Of a stretch of DNA of 64,000 bases, positions 35,737-46,700 are shown in pieces. The stretch spans positions 352,001 through 416,000 of the forward strand of contig OY820579.1 of assembly GCA_963681965.1 (NCBI GenBank), read 5' to 3'. Under the pieces are notes generated by a model. The model worked only from the letters and a program-made list of their open reading frames with translations, ran no database searches and was not told the origin of the DNA. Position numbers and translations under genes: made by a program. The DNA is from a bacterium (GTDB lineage: Bacteria; Electryoneota; JAOADG01). Position 1 is the first letter of the stretch. Each line of letters starts with the position of its first letter.

Positions 35737-38700
35737 GTGAAACTGAGACTGATTCCTCTCGTCGTATTATTCTCGCTACTGCTCACCTTGAGTCTTGCGC
35801 AGGCGGCACCGATCATACGCCTCGCGACATTTCCTGCTGGCGATTCGATATTCTTCGGAAATATCATCGTTAACGAGAACTCGATATCGACATTTACGGT
35901 GGAGAATGTGGGCGATACCTCATCGACGCTCAGTTTTTCGCCGTTATCGGGAGACCTTTCCTATGTTGGCGCGTTACCGACTTCGATCGATTCCGGAGCT
36001 ACGGTCGCTTTTACCGTGCAGTGGTCTCCACTTACGCTCGGTCCGATTGCCATACCGGTTACGATTTCATCCGAAGATCCGGTCACACCGACATACACAA
36101 TCGTTCTTACCGGCATTTGTATCGATAACACAGTGCTGGCGCACGATATGATCCACGATCTCCCGTTTTCGCTCGGTTTTGAAACGGTGTTCGATTCCAT
36201 TAAGGTGGTCAATCTTGCCCGGGTAACGCCGTGCGTAATCACCCAAATAGATCTATTGGTTAATCCCCTCTTGACCGTTCTTGACACTGCCGATATTACC
36301 ATTGCACCGGGCGATTCCGCTTACATTCATCTTCGCTTTCAGTCGATCTTCCGGAACGGACATGTCAACTTTACGCTAAGTTTTACTCATTCTTTCGGTA
36401 CCGAACACATTTTCCTTTCAGCGACCGTCGAAACGCCGCCCAACCAATACTATGTGTACAATACTCACGCCGATGGGATCGGATCGTTGTTACAAGCGAT
36501 TATCGATGCCGATCGAGCCACCGGTACCGATTCCTCGGATTTTCCGCCACCAGTCATCCTGTTCCGGATTCCACTTTCCGATTCCGGATATAGCGCGGCA
36601 CGTGGCGTATTTACGATCAATGCGCCAGTCCTCCCCCCAATTCAGCGCCCGTATCTAACCATTGAAGGATTTTCCCAAGTGGGCTTTACCGGAAATACCA
36701 ACAGTGTCGAGCTGGGAAGCACAACCGTCGGGGAAGGCGATTACACATTTAATCAATTCGATGGTCCGGAAATTGAAATTGTCGGAACCTCACTTTCATC
36801 ACGTGGATTAACGATCGATTCCAACAACGTGACGATCTCCCATATCGCGATTTATGGGTATAGTACCAATATTTATGCGTACCAGACCAGCAACCTGACA
36901 CTAGTGAATTGCGTTATCGGCTCGCCGGCAGACCAGTTCGCACGACCGCCCTCCCCAATTTTTACGGGAATCAATTGTCAGGTCATAAACGTTCCGGATT
37001 TCGCGATTTACCATTGCTTAATCGGTTATGCTGCTGCCTTTAACGTGTTTGTCACGAACTCACCGCGATTGCATATCGAAGATGCGGAAATCGCTTACGC
37101 CAATATGCATGGAATATTCGCGAATTTCTGCGACTCGGTCACCGTCGGTGGTTCCATCATTCGTAACAATAACCAATGCGGTCTTCAATTGAGCAGTTCG
37201 GTTGGCTATCATCAAATCAATTTCAATTCCTTCCTGAATAACTCATATACCGCTATCAAGCTGAGCGGACCGCATAACGCCGTCTCCTACAACAAAGTTT
37301 GGTTCAATGGCGAAGGCATCGTTGCACATGGCGACTTCCCCTCAATACCCGAACAGCGCTCGATCGGCAATTACATCATCTACAATAGTCTGAAAGCTAA
37401 CGCAATCGGTATCGATCTTGCCCGGGATGGAATGGGCGGACCAATGAACGGCGACGGACTGACACCGAACGATTTCGCCGATGCCGACAGCGGTGCCGAT
37501 GCGCTCTTGAATTATCCGGTACTCACTTCCGCCGTTACGGGTGGTGGTAATCTCGAAGTGGCGGGATATTGCCGTCCCGGCTTGCGGATCGATTTGTATC
37601 GCGTCGATCCGAACGACCACAACGACTTTGGTCAGGGGATGGAACATCTGGCGACTGTAATCGAAGGATCGGTGGACGATCACGACTCTTCGACTGCCCT
37701 GTACACCAATCCCGTCAATCGGATCAATCAGGGTACCGACAGTACCAACCGATTTCTCTTCTTCATTCCGTTGACAACGCTTGGTCATCCGCTTTCCATC
37801 GGCGACCGTATCGTTGCCACCGCATACGACCCGATTGCCGGCACCTCGGAATTCTCCGGTTCGATGCAGGTCTACCCATCGTATATCCGCTTCGGTCGAT
37901 TTGTCGAGTACAGTTCGAATAATTCCGGAATTGGAAGTTTGCAGATCAACGATATCGCCACACTTTCCAGCGGAACGCCGTTATCATCGGTGATGGTATA
38001 TGTCGCCACAGCCAATGACGGCTTATATATCCTGAATAAAACCACCAATGTCTGGACGCATTACGACGCATCGACACCCGGCTTCCCGGGCAATAGCCTG
38101 ACCAAGGTAAAAGTCCGGAGCAATGGCGATATCTACGTCGGTACCGCTACTCAGGGTGCTGGCTATTTCAATGCCACCACCGGTATCTGGCAGACTTGGA
38201 ACGAGACGACTAGTGCCCTTCGCGGCAATCATATTTATGATATCCATTGCTATAGTCACGGTTCGGACGAATATGTCGCATTTGCAACCGATACCCATCT
38301 TTGCCTGTTAAACTTGACGACAAATACTTTTACCAACTACAACGATGCCAATTCGAACTTACCTGCTGGCAATTTCTATAGCGTCTATCACGATTATATT
38401 CATCACGAACTGTGGGTCGGCACGTCCTTCGGACCGAGCCGGTCACTCGATAATGGCGTCACTTGGACGCATTATACCCGGGCGAATTCCGGCGTCACCA
38501 GCGATGTGATTTTGTCGTTTACGATCAATGTCGATAATCACAATGAGTTATTGGCAGGTACGCAGGGAGCCGGTCTTGATCGCTATAACCGTCTGACCAA
38601 TACCTGGTCGCGCTATCCAAATATTGGTGCCACTTCGACCGTCGGCGATGTCCTCAGTCTACCCGGCGCAGTATTCGTTGCCGCGTGGAATCAAGGATTG

Positions 38701-40170
38701 TACTCGATCGATTTCGATAGCGTGCGTTATTATAGTTCGGTCGTTCCGGGTCGTCCCCGCGACATTATCAATGCGCTCGATTACGATGGCTTGGATGTCT
38801 GGTTCGGCACTGATGCTGGTTTAGCTTCGACGATGTTACTGGGCTCGACTTCAGGTGGCGGTACTGTCACCACTGGCACGGCTACTGCCGATACCGGGAG
38901 CATCGCGATTGTGCCGGTAACTCTTACTGTAACTCCCAATACGCATATCTTCTCGTTCGATGGTACTTACGACTATTATCCGAGTATCCTGACATTCGAT
39001 CACGTTACTTACGGGAATCTGCTGACCAACTGGACATTGTACATCACCGAACCGTATCCGGGACACTTGGAATGGCATGCTAACGGGATCGATGCAATCT
39101 TTACCGATGGCGCTCTGTTCAATTTAGTTTTCCGGGTGAATGGCAACATTACCGGTCATGGAATTACCAATATTTATCCGCGTTCGGTCACTGCCGGTCG
39201 GGGACAAGTTCTTAGTCACAATGCGCACGGCACGGTGAACTGGGCAGCGAATCCGCCGGTAGTCGACGGTGGTGCCGGCGATCCCACGTTGGACGGCGTA
39301 GTCGATTTACTTGATCTCTATGCGATCCGCAATCATGTCATCTATGGTGGTCGCTACACATTGACCGGAACTGCGCTGGCGAATGCCGACGTAAATCACG
39401 ACGGTCATGTCACACTAGCCGATATGCGTGCGATCTACTATTATCTAATTGCCGGATCGTTTACCCCGCCAGCCCCGGATTCGGGATCGGGAACAACTGG
39501 GTCGGGTACCGTCGACGAAGAGTTGGAGTTGGTTGTACCAATCGATTTCAATAATTTCAATGGCGTCCACAACCTCCAGTTGGAAATCGCCTATCCATCG
39601 GAAACGATCGGTTATTCGACATATTCCAGTCCCTTGCTTGCGCAACACACATTTATCGATGCTGCAGTTACTACACCGGGACGAGTGGCATTTACAATTG
39701 TCGGATTCCAGAACATTGAATCCACCAATGCGGCGTTACGCATTCACTTTAATGGCATCTCCGGGACCGTACCAACCGGAACCCAATTACGGATGCGATA
39801 TCGCTTGAATGACCAAGACTGGAGCAACGAAGTCGTGATACCGACTGGTTCGACTGGTGTGAATAATGGCGAACGGGTGATACCGAGCGCATTCCGACTA
39901 TTGCGGAATTATCCGAATCCATTCAATGCTACTACCGAAATCCGGTATGAAGTACCGACAGTATCGCACATTTCGTTGACAGTGTATGATATGCTGGGAC
40001 GAAAGGTGGCAGAACTGGTTAATCAACAGCAGAGTGCCGGTCGCTACAGTGTGTCGTGGGGTGGGACATCCAATTCAACGACTCATTTATCCAGCGGGAC
40101 GTATTTCGTAGTGATGCGGTCACTCGATAACGGATTTACTTCCACTCAGAAAATTGTATTATTGAAGTAA
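35737..40170 (+). CDS. secreted multidomain protein: Ig-like domains, beta-helix, beta-propeller, cohesin, dockerin, T9SS type A-like CTD
   Basis: GTG start with AAGGG RBS; signal peptide; NT..DG.GSL.QAI beta-helix cap; GIDL..G.TPND..D.D.G...LNYP; regulator-propeller-type repeats (WVGT..G, Y...NS.L); GDPTLDGVVDLLD/ADVNHDGHVTLAD dockerin pair; RNYPNPFN..T.IRY...KIVLLK. Confidence 0.88.
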   Translation: MKLRLIPLVVLFSLLLTLSLAQAAPIIRLATFPAGDSIFFGNIIVNENSISTFTVENVGDTSSTLSFSPLSGDLSYVGALPTSIDSGATVAFTVQWSPLTLGPIAIPVTISSEDPVTPTYTIVLTGICIDNTVLAHDMIHDLPFSLGFETVFDSIKVVNLARVTPCVITQIDLLVNPLLTVLDTADITIAPGDSAYIHLRFQSIFRNGHVNFTLSFTHSFGTEHIFLSATVETPPNQYYVYNTHADGIGSLLQAIIDADRATGTDSSDFPPPVILFRIPLSDSGYSAARGVFTINAPVLPPIQRPYLTIEGFSQVGFTGNTNSVELGSTTVGEGDYTFNQFDGPEIEIVGTSLSSRGLTIDSNNVTISHIAIYGYSTNIYAYQTSNLTLVNCVIGSPADQFARPPSPIFTGINCQVINVPDFAIYHCLIGYAAAFNVFVTNSPRLHIEDAEIAYANMHGIFANFCDSVTVGGSIIRNNNQCGLQLSSSVGYHQINFNSFLNNSYTAIKLSGPHNAVSYNKVWFNGEGIVAHGDFPSIPEQRSIGNYIIYNSLKANAIGIDLARDGMGGPMNGDGLTPNDFADADSGADALLNYPVLTSAVTGGGNLEVAGYCRPGLRIDLYRVDPNDHNDFGQGMEHLATVIEGSVDDHDSSTALYTNPVNRINQGTDSTNRFLFFIPLTTLGHPLSIGDRIVATAYDPIAGTSEFSGSMQVYPSYIRFGRFVEYSSNNSGIGSLQINDIATLSSGTPLSSVMVYVATANDGLYILNKTTNVWTHYDASTPGFPGNSLTKVKVRSNGDIYVGTATQGAGYFNATTGIWQTWNETTSALRGNHIYDIHCYSHGSDEYVAFATDTHLCLLNLTTNTFTNYNDANSNLPAGNFYSVYHDYIHHELWVGTSFGPSRSLDNGVTWTHYTRANSGVTSDVILSFTINVDNHNELLAGTQGAGLDRYNRLTNTWSRYPNIGATSTVGDVLSLPGAVFVAAWNQGLYSIDFDSVRYYSSVVPGRPRDIINALDYDGLDVWFGTDAGLASTMLLGSTSGGGTVTTGTATADTGSIAIVPVTLTVTPNTHIFSFDGTYDYYPSILTFDHVTYGNLLTNWTLYITEPYPGHLEWHANGIDAIFTDGALFNLVFRVNGNITGHGITNIYPRSVTAGRGQVLSHNAHGTVNWAANPPVVDGGAGDPTLDGVVDLLDLYAIRNHVIYGGRYTLTGTALANADVNHDGHVTLADMRAIYYYLIAGSFTPPAPDSGSGTTGSGTVDEELELVVPIDFNNFNGVHNLQLEIAYPSETIGYSTYSSPLLAQHTFIDAAVTTPGRVAFTIVGFQNIESTNAALRIHFNGISGTVPTGTQLRMRYRLNDQDWSNEVVIPTGSTGVNNGERVIPSAFRLLRNYPNPFNATTEIRYEVPTVSHISLTVYDMLGRKVAELVNQQQSAGRYSVSWGGTSNSTTHLSSGTYFVVMRSLDNGFTSTQKIVLLK

Positions 40171-40192
40171 CCAAAATAAATGTCCATCCAAT

Positions 40193-40223
40193 GACGGGGC
40201 ACCAAACGGTGTCCCGTTTTTTT
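40193..40223 (+). terminator. intrinsic terminator
   Basis: ACGGGGCACC-AAAC-GGTGTCCCGT followed by a T-run. Confidence 0.8.
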
Positions 40224-40264
40224 GTTTTCTGTCCAAACGGTAGTAATTCTCGAATTCGGGTATT

Positions 40265-40376
40265 ATAGTGGTTCTTGAAAATAAGTTGTCATGATTCGGT
40301 GTCAGGCTTCGCCTGACCTGCGGACGCAGGGGTCAGCCCATACTACCGATAATAACTTATTTTCAAGTGATACTTT
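40265..40376 (-). mobile_element. ~115-bp MITE-like element, copy 2 (REP hairpin partly degenerate)
   Basis: ATAGTGGTTCTTGAAAATAAGTTGTCATGATTCGGTGTCAGGCTTCGCCTGACCTGCGG ... AACTTATTTTCAAGTGATACT; matches the reverse complement of copy 1. Confidence 0.75.
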
Positions 40377-40481
40377 AGTCGAGGCAAAGAGCAGAGGTAC
40401 GATGACTGGATTTTTACCAGCGGATTTCTATTGGAGATTTCAGATCGATTAATACTGGAAATCCGAATGAATTATATGTTA

Positions 40482-40505
40482 CGCCTGACACGCGGGGATC
40501 CGCCC
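40482..40505 (-). repeat. deleted remnant of the element core
   Basis: Minus strand GGGCGGATCCCCGCGT-GTCAGGCG, i.e. copy 1 positions 3311-3326 joined directly to the first arm of the second hairpin. Confidence 0.55.
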
Positions 40506-40660
40506 AACTTACTGAGAACTACTGGTTACTTTTGACCACCACTTTTTCTGATCAGTCATTCCAATTGATTCGACTTTAATCTGCATGTAATCGGTGGCTT
40601 AATTCAACTTCACTGTTTCTTGCAATCTTTAAAATCGATTCCCCTCATCTTAAAATTGAA

Positions 40661-40686
40661 ACAAGGCGCGTTTTCACGCGCCTTGT
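40661..40686 (-). terminator. intrinsic terminator of the 2067-aa gene
   Basis: ACAAGGCGCGT-N4-ACGCGCCTTGT, followed on the minus strand by TTCAATTTT. Confidence 0.7.
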
Positions 40687-40714
40687 CATACTGAATCGAA
40701 TCAGCGATCGAATT

Positions 40715-43700
40715 TTACTTCCGATACTGATTTACCGGTTTCGCCGGAGTGATCTTGACGGTTGTTGGTAAATCCACCGATCGAATTGAACTACTTGATT
40801 CGGTAGAATAATAGGCTTTCACACGGTAATAGTAACTACCGGTAACACCGAGATCTTGATACGTAGTCGTCATTGGATCGGAGATTGTAGCAATCAAGGT
40901 TCCCACAGTAGGTGGATCGAAATATCCAGTCAGGTTCCGGTATACGACATAACCAGTGATACTTCCGGTCGGACGGACCCAAGTAATTGTTGCATTGTGG
41001 TTGTCGACATCGTAAGCAATCACCACCGTTGGACTACCGGGTAGAATGTAAGATGAACCGGATACAGCAATCGATGTCGGGCTGGATGCCGCATTCGAGG
41101 TAATCACTACGTTACCGGATAGACTACCCTCCACGATAGGCGTCCAAGTTAACAATAATGCAAGTGAATCACCAGCATTGATTGTATTCGATGTCCAACT
41201 GGGTACGACGTTTTCCGGAACAGTCACATTTGTTACCACCAATGGTAACGATCCGGTACTGCGAACGTACACAGTTTGACTCGCCGCAATATTCGCCTGA
41301 CTCGATCCAAAATTGATCGAAGAGGTACTAACGGCAATATTCGGAACGCCGCGATAGTATTCGATCGCAAAGTTGTTACCCGGCCATGTCATAGTGGTTG
41401 CACTGCCATATTGCAAGAAATTGGTTCCTGCCGTTGCTCCTTGAATACCGATCGTTGCCGACAATACTGTGGTTGATGGTATGTAGGTCCGATACTGTAC
41501 TACGATTCTGCCGGTGTTGTAGATCAGAGCCTGCATTGCAATCGTATCTGCCGGAACATTATACCGATACGCATAGTAGGAAACAACAAAAAGAGAATCG
41601 GAGAAATTCTGCGATTTGATCCAGAAATCCGTACCGTACGTCGGCGGTGGTGTTGTATTACCGTATTTCAAATCGTCCCACAACAGACAAATCGCGCCAG
41701 CATTCAATGTGGAATTGGGAAGAGCCGCATTCGTTAAAGAAGTAGATCCCGTCGATCCGATCTGGATATTTCCATTCGTGCTGGCAAAGATCGATCCTGA
41801 GACCGTGGAACCGTAAAACGGGAAGGTGAACGTGCCTAACGAAATTGCGCCGCCATTATCGTCGTAGGTTGACATACCGGTCAACAGGGTTCCCGTCGCT
41901 GCGATATCGCGCCATGCGAATACCGGACCGCCAACAGCCAGACTCGTCCGGTAATAATAGTTCGATCCGTCGGGTCCACTCGTCTGTGCAGGCACAACCA
42001 AAGGTCCACTGACCGTCCCAATGGTGGGATATCGGAGTGGTGTCGCTGCAATTCCAAGCGAATAATATGCCTGGCAGAAATAAGTAATCGTTCCCATCGT
42101 AGTAAAGGAATTGGAATACGTGTACGTTGCGGTACCCGGCAGCGATCCGCTTGCATACGACATCATTGCAAGGGCAGAACCGTTGGTTGATATTTTCACG
42201 GAATCGATCGTTACCGCTTGTGTCGATGTCAGATCGATTGTGAATGTAACAGGTACACCGGAACTAACTATTGCTGGGTTTGCAGTTGGGTTTGCCATTG
42301 CTGCCGCATGCCCGGTTATTCCATTTGCCGAAGTGTATCCGGGACCTACAACCAACCCATGCAATTCGTATACTCGATACCAGTAATGAGTCGTTACCGG
42401 TAACCCTTCGTCAAGATAGGTATTCGCATTCACATCGAGGTTGGCAAGTAGGGTATAGTTAATTCCGTCGGTCGAACGCATGACCCGATATCCGGTCTCA
42501 TCGGTGGCGATATCTGTCCAGTTGAAACGCATCGAATTGAAAGTGATGTCGGAAATATTTCCATCGGTCGGTGCCGATGGATCATTAATACCGAATATCC
42601 CTTCATCGGCACCAATATCCGGTGTAGCACTGCGGCTCTCTCCATCGAGATCGGTGGTTACCCACGCAATCGACTGCCCGGCATTGCTGACTGGCGTCAG
42701 CATATTATCGGCAATGTGTAATTCCGCTGGTGAGCCAATACTAGCAAATTGAGGATCACCGAAACTCGATGCCTGATCCATACTGGTGTTGTTTTGCCAA
42801 TCAGTCAATTCGGCACAATCCGAGGTATAATATCCCACATATCCATTCGCATTGTCCGGAATGTAGAAGACATTATTGTCGGACGACGTGATTGTAGACG
42901 AACTTCGATACACACCGTAATGCTTCGCCGTTGTCGGTGTACTGGAAGCATTGTAGAAAATATTGTTACGCATATTGATCGATGTGCCGCTGCTCAAGTA
43001 AACACAAGCGCTGTTGTACAAATCGTTGTTCGGATTAGTCGCGTCGATCAAATAGCTGTTGTTGTCAAGGTTGAGCGTACTGACACTGGATACATAGGTT
43101 CCGTAAATATAAAACGAGGCAATTGAACCGGCATTCGCGGATGTGGATTTTAGACCATAAATCATGTTGTTGTAAATCCGTAGATCCGTTAACGCAGTTC
43201 CTGCCGAAATATACATTCCATACTTGGCGTATCTCGTGGTTGAAGTACTGTAACTGGTGTTGTTGTAAATTCGGTTCCCGTATACTTTCGGTGAACCGCC
43301 TTGCGTACTGATGTACAAATCATAACTAGCAAGATTAGCGTTGTGATTTGTAATATCGAGATCGTGGATGGTCAAGTTTTCTTGATTGTACATATAGACC
43401 GCGTAAGTACCAATGATCGAATCTTGACCGATAACCATACGGTCGGGATTGTTCGTGCCAGCAACAGTACTACCAATATCGGTTTCGAAATCTCGGTAAG
43501 TCGAACTGGTCTGATAGAAGTACATACCGTAATAACACTTCCCGATCTTCAGATTCAAGTATTTATTGTAGCTCTGTGCACCGGCTAATCCCGATGGCGT
43601 CGAAGTATAATATTGACGGATGCCATAGGTCGTCGACTGCGCGCGAAGCGTAATTGAACAATTCTTAAACGTATTGTGTTGCGCACCATCCAATACACCG

Positions 43701-46700
43701 GCATCCGTTACCCAAATTCCGTATTCGACATTGTTCGTACCGGAAGAAGTATCGACCAGCGAAATTCCATCGAAAGTGATCCAGTCGGCGCCAGCCAATT
43801 TTATCATATAATCGGTTGTAGCACTGGTTCCGGGTGTGGAGATCGTAACGGTACCGGTTTCTTTCTGGAAGACAACTTGGTTCTCTTCGCTTACATTCGC
43901 GATCGTATTCGGAATCGTTATCGCTTCGTAATACGTTCCCGGTCGGATGTTAAACGTAACGCCCCCGGCACCGACACCTGCCAATTGCATTCCTGCTATG
44001 GCTGCAGCAAAGCTTGCGAAACTCGGATTGGCGCCACCGATCGTTTTTATACCAGCCAACGGGGGTAAATAAGTACGGAACGACCAGACACCACTCGAAG
44101 AGGTTAAACCGGTATTGTTATGCGCTACAACTTTCCAATAATACCATGTTCCTTCGGGTGGGTTCGACAGATTGTAGCTGGTCGTCGTAGTTGCCGAAAG
44201 TACTCGAGCGCCTACTACCGAATTTTGAACATCGGTTAAGGTTGTCGACAAGTACACGTCAACATTCGTGGTTCGAGCGCCGATCGACCAATTTAAAATT
44301 ATCGGATTGTCGGAGATATCTGTCAAACCATTGCCGGGACTCGTTAATGTGGGGGCTTCCGGAGCCGATGCGCTGACAAACGTGCCTTCATCGGCACCGA
44401 TATCCGGCGTTTCACTTCGAGTGTCACCCTCGATATCGGTAGTAATCCAGGCGATCTGCTGAGCAGTGTTTTCCACCGGAGTTGCAGATAGATTCGTACC
44501 GATTAGCAAATTATAAGGTGCTGTCACACTTGAGTAAACCGGATCAGTCGAGGCAGATGCATTGTCTTGTCCAGTGGCAGTTTGCCAATTTCCCAACGTC
44601 GCTTGATCCGCACTATAGTATCCCACAAAACCATTGGTAGTATTGGGAATATAAAAGACATTGTTGTTGGATGAAGTAATGGTTCCACCACTCCGGTACA
44701 CGCCGTAATGCTTTGCCGTGGTTGGAGTCATCGCAGAATTGTAAAAAATGTTGTTCCGCATATTGATCGATGTCGCAGTGCTAAAGTAAACACAAGCACT
44801 GTTATACCGATCGTTTGTCGGATTGATCGCATCGATAAGATAGCTGTTGTTATCAAGATACAATGTACTGATCGATGAGATATATGTCCCGTAGATATAA
44901 AATGACGCGATCGCACTGGCATTCGTCGAAGTCGATTTCAAGCCGTAGATCATGTTGTTGTAGATCCGCATTTCGGTAACAGTTGTACCGGAAGTGACAT
45001 AGATACCGTACTTCACGTACCGGGTAGTCGTGATACTGTTACTGGCATTATTGAAAATCCGGTTACCGTTAATCTTGGGTATGCCGTATGCGGTCGTGAT
45101 GTAGATATCGTAGCTAGTAATACCGGTAGTATTGTGATTCGTTATATCGAGATCGTGCACCCAGAAATTTTCTTGACTGTCGAGATAGATCGCATAGGTA
45201 CCCGAAATTGAATCTTGTCCGACAACCATTCGACCGGTAAAACCTAAACCCTGTTCCGTACTTCCGATTTCGTTATCGAGATCACGGTAAGTACTGCTTC
45301 CCTGACCGATATAGATGCCGTAATAACACTTCCCAATTTTCAGATTCAGATATCGGTTGTAACTTTGAGTACCGGCAGTAGTTGTTGCCGAAGTAGTACT
45401 ATATTGTCTGATTCCGTACGTGGTCGATAATGGATGCAGGGTAATCGAACAATTCTGAATCGTATTGTGTTGCGCACCATCGGTACCACCGACATCGGTT
45501 AACCAGTAACCGTATTCGATCTTGTAGGTCGATGAAGTAGAAGTATCGACCAGCGATATTCCATCGAATGTAACCCAATCGGTCCCAGCAATTTTTACCA
45601 TATAGTCGGTAGTGCCGGATGTTCCGGGAGTCGAAATCGTCACGGCTTCCAATTCCGGCTGAAAAATTACTTGATTGGATTCACTCACATTGGGAATATT
45701 CTGAAGTAGGATCGATTCGTAATAAGTTCCTCCGCGGACATTAAAAGTAACTCCTCCATCAGCAACGCCGCCCATCTGCAATGCCAGCACTGCCGAAGCA
45801 AAGTTGGGGAAATCCGCGTCGGCACCTCCGATCGACATCATCCCCGAAAGCTGTTGAAAAGTATTGAAAGACCGAATCAAACCGGGAGTAACTTCTAATG
45901 TCGTTGAATTTCGTGCAACTACTCGCCAATAGTACATTTGATTATTTGATATCGGTGCGTTAAACGTGGTTGCCGTAATTCCGCTCGCAATACGAGCAGT
46001 GCTGTTCATCGTAACCACACTTGATTGATTCGTCGATAAATAAATATCGAAATTATCGGTATTCGCTCCGGCAGTCCAACTTAATGCCGCTGTCGCAGTT
46101 GAAATTGAAGTTCCGTTAGCCGGACTGACAAGTGTCGCTGCACCGGGCAATGTTGCACTATTGGTAATATCGAGTTGCATATTCGGACGATTTAGCGATG
46201 CATAGTACGTGATTCCACCACTTGCAATCGTATTCCAACTCAAATTATCGGTGTAAAAATAAATGAATTTGTTCTCGGTCGTCGCGGTATAGTACCAATT
46301 GTTGCCGCCACTGACATCGGTGGTCACAAATGCGCGAAATAAAACCATTAAATTGTTAGAACCGGAATAAGTGAACGGTGTGGTAAAAGTGAATGTATAC
46401 CAGCCAACAGCAAGTGTCGGAGTGACTGTAGAATGATATACATTGGTCGCACCAACCGAGAATTGATTCCAATTCAGCGGCGATGGAAAACTTGCGGTTT
46501 CGGTTTCGGACATCCAGATATCGACGGTATCTTGTCCCGTTCCCGACCATGTCGCCGCAGTTCCGCAATACAGCGAGATTGAGTTAATCGTTCCTCTCAG
46601 CCCGATCTCGGCAGGGGTATAAATCGCAGCTCCACCGGAGTAGTGCCAGTACTTGTACAGTGGATATGATTGTCCAGTCGTACCGGTACCGATTGTCACA

